Shown here one piece after another: positions 56,164 through 64,000 of a stretch of DNA of 64,000 nucleotides. Source of the DNA: Candidatus Latescibacterota bacterium (GTDB taxonomy: Bacteria > Latescibacterota > UBA2968 > UBA8231); the NCBI GenBank assembly GCA_965206595.1, contig OZ242214.1, forward strand, positions 6,112,001 to 6,176,000, written 5' to 3'. The notes beneath the pieces were generated by a model. It was not told the origin of the DNA and did not search any database. It saw only the letters and a list, made by a program, of their open reading frames with translations. How positions within the stretch are numbered: the stretch's first letter is position 1; every line of letters begins with the position of its first letter. The position numbers and the translations under genes are program-made.

Positions 56164-56279
56164 CGTTTCATCCTCCTGGGATTGAGTTGGTGGGGATGCC
56201 CGGTTACACAACCATCGCCAAAGTCGAGGGGGCGAACTTCTGCGGCCGCCTCTGTTTTCCGCTTCGTTTCTTTGCTCAT
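56160..56279 (-). pseudogene. Truncated paralogue of the precursor peptide (39 codons)
   Basis: GGAGG RBS; MSKETKRKTEAAAEVRPLD aligns with MSEEKKREEEAKDAEVEPLED; no GG motif follows; ATGA overlap with the next ORF. Confidence 0.62.
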
Positions 56280-56328
56280 TTCAACCTCCCTGGAATGAGG
56301 TCAGGGGCGATTAGGCGCTCGAATGCAC

Positions 56329-56373
56329 ACGCTATTAATAGCGTAGTAGTACACGTTTCCCCGGGATTGTCAA
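56329..56373 (-). promoter_or_regulatory. Putative promoter/operator for the precursor genes
   Basis: Minus-strand TTGACA at 56373-56368, weak -10, then perfect 16-bp palindrome ACGCTATTAATAGCGT (56329-56344). Confidence 0.55.
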
Positions 56374-56446
56374 GTATTTATTGGGGGCGGGGGATGAGAC
56401 ATCGAGCGACGACCGGATTGGCAGTCGAGCCGCGAAGCGAGGTGCA

Positions 56447-59378
56447 TTACCCATGCACCAGCTGCCGCCGGGAAAGGGCTGCGAAGACCCCGTCCCGTTT
56501 GATCAGCTGGTCGAAGCGGCCGCTTTCGACGATACGCCCGGCGTCGAGCACATAGATCCGGTCGACATCCCGGATCGAGCTGAGCCGGTGGGCGATCACC
56601 AGGCGGGTTACCCCGAGTTTTTTCAACGAGTCTTGAACAACGGCCTGGGCGCGATTGTCGAGCGCACTGGTGGCTTCGTCGAACAGGAGGACTCGCCGCT
56701 TGCGGGCGAGGGCGCGCGCGCGATCAGCAGCCGCTGCTTCTGTCCCACGGAAAGCCCGGTACCGCCCTCCGGCAGCACCGTGCGCATACCCATTGGCATC
56801 GCCCGGATATCCTCTTCGAGAGCGGCGGCACGCGCTGTCGCCCAGGCTTCATCCGCACTCAACGGGGACGGGCCCGCGATATTTTCGTAGATGCTGCCGG
56901 CGACAACCTGGCCGTTCTGCAGAACGACGCCCATGGGGCCGCGGACCGCGTTCAGATCGAGGCTCGAAAGATCGTGTCCGTCGAGAAACACGGTTCCGGA
57001 ATCCGGCTGCTCGAAGCCGAGCAGCAGGCGATAGATCGTCGATTTGCCGCAGCCGGACGGACCGACGAAGGCGACGTAGTCACCCTGTCTTATGCGGAAG
57101 GATATGCCGTCGATCGCCTTCGGACTTTCTGGAGAATAGCGGAAGGTCACGTTGGCGAACTCGATCTCTCCCTTGAGATCCCCCGGATCGATGCCGCCGT
57201 CCGCGGTTTCGGGACGCGCTTCGAGAATCGGCCGTACTCGCTCAAGAAGAGGGATGATCCCGACTGCTGTCGTGGCGGCAGTCGTCAGCCCGATCACCGC
57301 GCCCGTCAGCTGCCCGAACGCGGCATTGAAGGAAAGGAAGGCCGCCAGATCGAATGTCGGCTTTCCGCCACGTATGAGGGCATAGTGGACCGAGGCGAAA
57401 ATGGCGATCAGGGCAAGAGGCTGGAACATGCCGGCTACAACGTGCTGACCGGCGGCCCAGCGAAGCGCGGCCAGGCTTTCCCGTTTCTGCCCGGCGAAGC
57501 GCTGAGCCCAGCGCGCGAGTGCGTAGCTTTCGGCATTTGCAACCCGGAGCTTGGCGAGGCCGCCGATCATCTGAAAAACGAATCCATGGAGTTTTCCCTG
57601 GGTGCGGAACAGGGCGCGAAAGTGGCGAAGCTGCCCAGCGAAAGGATCCAGGTCGTGCCTGTCAAAACGAGCAGCAGGCCGCAGACACCCAGGGCCAGCG
57701 ACCAGCTGTAGTAGAACAGCAGCACCAGACTGAAGATCGAAAAGATCCCTCCCATCGCCGCCTGCACCGCAGCCCCGGTCAACGTCTGTCGGATTTCGCT
57801 GATGCCGTTTGCCCGGTTTTCGAGGTCGCCGGCGGTGAAGCGCCGAAAGAACGGCGCCGGCAGTGAGATCAGCCGGCTCCAGATCGCGGTCTGCAGGCGC
57901 TCGTCAACCCGGCCCTCGATCCTCAGCAGCGCGATTCCGCGCACGACTTCGAAGACCGCGTTGCCGAACGCGACCAACAGGAGAGCGCCCAGAGCGGCGA
58001 ACCAGAGCGGTATGTCCGCGCCGCGCGCGGGGATAATGCGGACGAGGAGCTCTCCCGTGAGGATCGGGGTCAGCAGCGCGGCGAGTCCTCCCAATACCCC
58101 CACCGCAAGCATGGCGCGCAGATCCCGCCCGCGCCGGTGCATGGAGAAGCCCAGGGCCGCCTTGCCGCTCTCGACGTGGTCGGGAAGCGGTGCGTAGAAC
58201 GTCAGCCCACCGGGTTTGAGTCCGGAGGCCATACCGTCGTCCAACGGAAAGGATGCGCCTGTTTCCGGATCCACTGCGCGGTAGGCCCCGCGACTGTCCG
58301 CAAGAATCCCGAGCGGCCTTTCGTGGCCTTCTTCCGCGGCTGCGAAGCCCACGAAGGAAGGACCATCCCGCCGCCACCAGCCCGGGGAGAGTGAAATCCA
58401 GCGCGTTCGTATGCCGGACCTGCGGGCGAGAGCCTCGATCTCTGCGAGCGGGTCGCGGGCTTCCTCCTGCCGAGGGGGGATCTGCAGCGACGCACCGCAG
58501 GATGAAGCGACCAGGGCCGCGGCCATTTGCAGCGGAGTGTGGCCACCCGTGCCGGCCGGTTCGCCGTCAGCAGTCGCCGCCATAACCCCCCCAAGGCCGC
58601 GCAGGGCCCCGGATACCGACGAGCGGCGGGCTTCATGGGCACTGCGCCGGCGTTCCTCGGAAGTCTCGGCCTCACTGAGGACGGCGAACTCGAGGACGAT
58701 CGCGCTGAAGCGGTCGAATCCGGGCCAGAGCCGCTCCGTCTGCAGGGCGGTCGGTGTATAGATCGCCGAAACCTCGGCGTCTGCGTCGATTTCGAACCAG
58801 GTCACCTCGGTGACAGGCAGCAGCGGTTCCCCCTCCGTTACGACGAGGTCGTGGCGTCCCGAAAGGCGCATCGGCGTGTTCGCAGAGACCCAGATGACGT
58901 CCATGTGCTGGGCGGAGAGGGCGGAGCCCGAGGGATAGGGCACGTCGGGATCGGCCTCGAGCAGCAGGGCGTCGCGAGGTGGAGGCCGATCGCGGACCAG
59001 GAATTCCGAGAAACTGGATATCCATTCGTCGATCCAGTTGGTCGCGGCGAGGTCGAAACTTTCCGAGGCGACACCGATGCGCTCACCTTCGACGAGGACC
59101 GCGTTCAGCGAGGGCACGGCGAGAAAGCCGAAAGTGCGCCCCGGTCGCGCCGGGTCCTCGATCCGCTCGCTGCCGAAAGCCATCTCTCCGGCCGGCACGC
59201 GGGCGACGTAGCGCCTCCTGCCGGCAACCTGGTCGGCCTTCATCTCGACGGCGAAAACGTCGAGATACCCCTGCTCGACAAAATGGACGCGCGTAGGGTC
59301 GTCCATCGAAAAGGGCCGGTTCGCCCCGGTCTCGATGCGGAGGCCGCGGATGCGCTCTATGAGCGGGACATCGGTCAT
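56447..59378 (-). pseudogene. NHLM bacteriocin-system ABC transporter, second (peptidase-less) subunit, frameshifted
   Basis: cNMP-like N-terminus, WWRRDGP, TM domain, GPSGCGKST, LSVGQKQR; frame changes near 57600 and 56715. Confidence 0.85.
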
Positions 59379-59383
59379 CGCAA

Positions 59384-61575
59384 TCAGTCCGACATGACCA
59401 GGGTGCGATACAGACCGTCTTCGGCGATCAGCAGGTCATGGGTGCCGCGCTGGACGATACGGCCGCGGTCGAGAACGACGATTTCGTCAGCATCCCTTAT
59501 GGTGCTGAGCCGGTGGGCGACGATGAGGCAGGTGCAGCCGCGCTGCCGGAGCCGGTCGTCGATTTCGACCTCGGTTACCGGATCGAGCGCCGAGGTCGCC
59601 TCGTCGAGTACCAGGACCGCGGGGTTTCGCGCAAGAGCCCGGGCCAGCTCCAGGCGCTGGCGCTGGCCGCCGCTGAAATTGCGCCCGCCCTCGTCGACCG
59701 GGGAGTCGTACCTCAGGGGCCGCGCCGCGATAATTTCGTGGATTGCGGCGTCGCGCAGGGCCTGGACGATGTCTCGCTCTTCGATAGTCGGGTCCCACAG
59801 GGCGACGTTCTCGCGTACGCTCCCCTCGAAGAGGACGATATCCTGATCGACATGAGACACGGTTTCGGCAAATCGGGAGGGTGGAATGTCGTTGAAATCC
59901 TCGCCGTCGATACGAACGCTTCCGGACCAGGGCGTCAACATCCCGCAGATCAGCCTGGCAATGGTGGATTTGCCGCTGCCGGAGACCCCCACGAGCGCCA
60001 CGCGTCTGCCCGGCGGGATCGACAAGGTGAAATCCTCGATCAGGGGCGGCCCCATGGAATTGTACCCGAAGGTGACTTTGTCGAGTTCGACGAAGCCGCG
60101 CGGGGCGGGGGCGGGGGCGGACATGTCCGGCTCGCGTTCGTTGACGCCTCGATACGTGCGTTCGTCCGGGGAGTAGTTCAGCACGTCGTCGAGGCGGGCG
60201 ATATCCCCTTTATCATCTGGAGGTTGGCGCCGAATCGGAGGAGACCCTGCACCGGCTGCGAGAAGCTGACCGCCAGGCTCTGGAAAGCGATCAACCCGCC
60301 GATGGTGAGGGCACCTTCGAGGATGCGCAGCCCCCCGAAGCCGAGGATGGCGATAACGGTTAGCAGGGAGAGTAGCACCGGGACGACGTTGGCGAAGGTC
60401 GTAACCAGGCCGAGCCGTTGTTGAGCGTTCAGTGCGTTTGCATGAATGCCGGACCAGCGCGCGAAGAAGGCGCCATCGGTACCATTGGCCTTGAGCGTCT
60501 CGATAATCAGGATACCGTTTATCGAGACGCCGGAGACCCTGGACCGCTCCTTGAGCAGGCGGCGATTGGCATTCTCCCGGGCGCCGCCTGCAAGCCGCAG
60601 CACCAGGAGATTGACGGCGACCATGGCCAGGGCGATCAGGGTCAGCGGAACGTCGTATGAAAGCATCACCGCCGCGTAGAAGGTCATGGCCAGGGTTGAG
60701 GGCGTTGACCGCCAGCTCCCTGAGAGCAACCGCGCGACCCTGTCGTTCGACACGACCCGGCTGGTGATGTCGCCGGCATGACGCTGGCTGAAAAACAGCA
60801 TCGGCAGCGTCACCACGTGCCAGATGAATCGCGCCGTAGTGACGATGGACAGCTTGGTCTCCATGCGGGCGAGGAGGGTCCGCTGCAACCAGATCAAGGC
60901 GCCCTGAGCTGCTGCGGCCAGAGCCAGGCCGATCAGCAACGGCGCCATCCAGGCGCCGTTCTGCCGGACCAGGACATCGTCGATGAACACCTTGAGCATG
61001 GTCGGAACCGCCACGCCGGGAACGACCAGCGCCAACGTCGCCAGGGCGGCGAAGGCGAGGGGTCTCCGCGCCTGACCGAAACGGGCGTTCAGTCCTCGCA
61101 CCAGGTTCGGCCTTGCTCCGCCCCGGGTGAACCCGGGACCCGGTGCGAAACCGAAACAGACGCCCGTGAAGCTTTCATCGAACTCCTCCAGGGAGATTCG
61201 ACGAGGTCCCTCGCTCGGGTCGTTGATATAGGCTCTGTCACCCTTGATCCCCTCGAGCACGACGAAATGGTTGAACTCCCAGAAGAGGATCATCGGGAAG
61301 GGAAGGTCGAACAGACGGCTGCGAATGCTGCGGAAGCCCCGCGCGACGAGGCCGTATTCCCGGGCCGCGCGCAGGATATTGGCGGCATTGGCGCCGTCGC
61401 GCGAGACGCCGCAACGCACCCGCAGGGTCTCGAGCGGGACCCACCGGCCGTGATAGGCGAGGACCATGCCGAGGCAGGCTGCTGCGCACTCGGTGGACTC
61501 CATCTGCAGGATGGTAGGCACGGCGAGGCGGCCGCTGCGCCTCAGGTTGGGGCGGAGAGCCGCGTCCTGGCTCAA
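59384..61575 (-). pseudogene. NHLM bacteriocin-system C39 peptidase/ABC transporter, frameshifted
   Basis: VPTILQMESTECAAACL, CGVSRDG, WEFNHFVV, INDP; GVSGSGKST, FSGGQRQR, LDEATSALD; frame break near 60200 and a probable lesion near 60715. Confidence 0.88.
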
Positions 61576-62819
61576 AAGGCCGAACGTCTCCTTGAACCAC
61601 GGCAGGACCAGCTCCGCGGGTGGCTGGGTGGAGACCTCGACCTCGACCTCGGCCAGGGTTTCGGGAGTGATGTCGATTCCAGCGGCCTGGGGCGAGTCCA
61701 GGCGAAACCGCTGGCGGTCGATGGGTCGAGGGTGAGCGCGACGCGGCCGGGGTAGGGAGGCCCGGCTTTCGAGAAGGTCCTTGCCAGGTCCTCGTTCTGC
61801 AGCACGGCGATCATGCCGTTGAGGCTCGCCGGGAATTCGGAGAGGCTCTCGACCGTGCCGATCATATACCCGAACTCCTCGTGCCGCGCAGTGGCCGGAG
61901 ACACCAGGGTGGGCATGCCCGCTTCGACGCGCTTGCCGTCGATAGGGGGAACGTAGATCAGCACGTCGAGACCCTCACTACCCGTCTCGATGCTGATTAC
62001 GGACTGGCCCTGGGCGAGGGTGGCGCCGACCTGCGCCTTGATCTCGGTGACGCGCCCCGATACCGGGGCCTGGATGCGCCAGGTTCTCATTACGGCCGCG
62101 AGCTCCTTTACCTGCCGTTCCGCCTCCTGGTGTTCCGCCTTCGCCAGGGTGACGCGTGCCTGGGTTTCGTTTCTGCGGAGGAGCTCCCACGCCTCCAGTT
62201 CGTCGCGACGGCGCATGGCGTCGAACAGGTTGCGCCGGGCGAGATCGAGGGCATGCTCGCTGCGCTCGACCGAAGCCCGGTTTACGATACCTCTTTCCAG
62301 CAGCGACTGATCGACTTGCAGGCGTTCGTCGGCCTTTTCGATCAGCTCGCGGCCGGTGCGCTCTAGCTCTCCCAGGCGGGCACGCTGCCTGGCGATGTTC
62401 TGCGACGCAAGTGCGTTTTCCTCCCTCGCCTCGGATTCCCGATCCTGAAGGATTCCGGCGCGTTCACCCGCCAGGGAGACGGCCCCGGAATAGCGCTCCA
62501 TGATCTCGGGGTCGAGGATCTCGGCCACGAGGTCCCCTTCGGCGGCCGCTTCCCCGACGGCGGGAAGAATCCGGGCCAGCTTGCCACCGTTGGAGGAAGC
62601 GGCGTCGAAAACCATACCGGCTCGGCTCAGGATGATCCCGTTGGCCTTCACGTAGCTGGAAACTTCCCCCCAGACCGCCCAGAGTATGACGGCAAGGGTC
62701 ATGGCGATGAGCACGCAGAGCGCCAGCCAGGCCTTGGCAGTCGTCACGAAAAGGGCGCGGTCGAGATGTTAAGGGGTTCCGAGACGTACTGTCGTGTCTT
62801 TTCCGACAGGTTTTTTCAT
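61572..62819 (-). pseudogene. NHLM bacteriocin-system HlyD-family secretion protein with in-frame stop
   Basis: ATG 62819 gives MKKPVGKDTTVRLGTP*HLDRALFVT (TAA at 62771-62769); coiled coil, APVSGRV, GKRVEAGM, EEFGYMIG, SGFAW; frameshift near 61695. Confidence 0.85.
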
Positions 62820-63150
62820 GATGAAATCAATATGGTTTTAACCCGCCAACCGCATCAATCATTCCCTCTGGTGGATGTGCGCAGGGTCCTCGTGGTCAGC
62901 CTGGTGAGAAGCAGGATATTCCGCCCGATTCGATCCCGGGGCTGTACCGGCCTGTCTGAAAGGGAGTCCGAACACCTGCCAATGTGGCACTTGCATTATG
63001 CAGCAAATCGATCGATTGGTCCGAACTGAAAAATAAACAATAAGTTATGAATATCGTTCGCCTGCGGGTACGGGTTTTGTCTGAAGGAGGGCGCTGGCTT
63101 TAGCAGGTTTCGAAACAGGACGATCAAGGCGAGGATTTCAGAGGATTCAA

Positions 63151-64000
<850 letters not shown>

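Noticed and set aside
62984-63150. CIRCE, HAIR or sigma54 site upstream of clpB
   Set aside because: TGGCAC is present but the GC spacing does not fit -24/-12, and no CIRCE or HAIR inverted repeat is seen.

Overview
GC-rich bacterial chromosome segment; group II GGGPS, EF-G2, a long SRP RNA and FadL/PorV-like outer-membrane proteins tentatively suggest a diderm FCB-related lineage such as Latescibacterota (not verified). 1-6 kb holds nested mobile elements: a decayed group II intron interrupted by an IS256 and an IS5 element, fused to a truncated IS256 and followed by an IS3 remnant. A complete rrn operon follows (16S-tRNA-Ile-23S-5S) with a divergent 338-355 region, then a glycogenin-like GT8 gene and a long housekeeping run (EF-G2, yebC, ruvCAB, tsaB, rimI, sugar ABC ATPase, holB, rsmA, ilvE, peptide ABC, lysA, carbamoyltransferase, tadA, 3 tRNAs, ffs, dnaX, recR, pgsA, pgpA, recA, recX, alaS, GGGPS, ptsHI, metK). 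A 4.4 kb stack of three IS elements separates ilvE from the peptide-binding protein gene. The most novel region is 56-63 kb: a decaying NHLM-type three-gene peptide export cassette followed by a 58-aa double-glycine precursor peptide of no family I recognise, a truncated paralogous precursor, and a palindromic operator-like site. The window ends within clpB.
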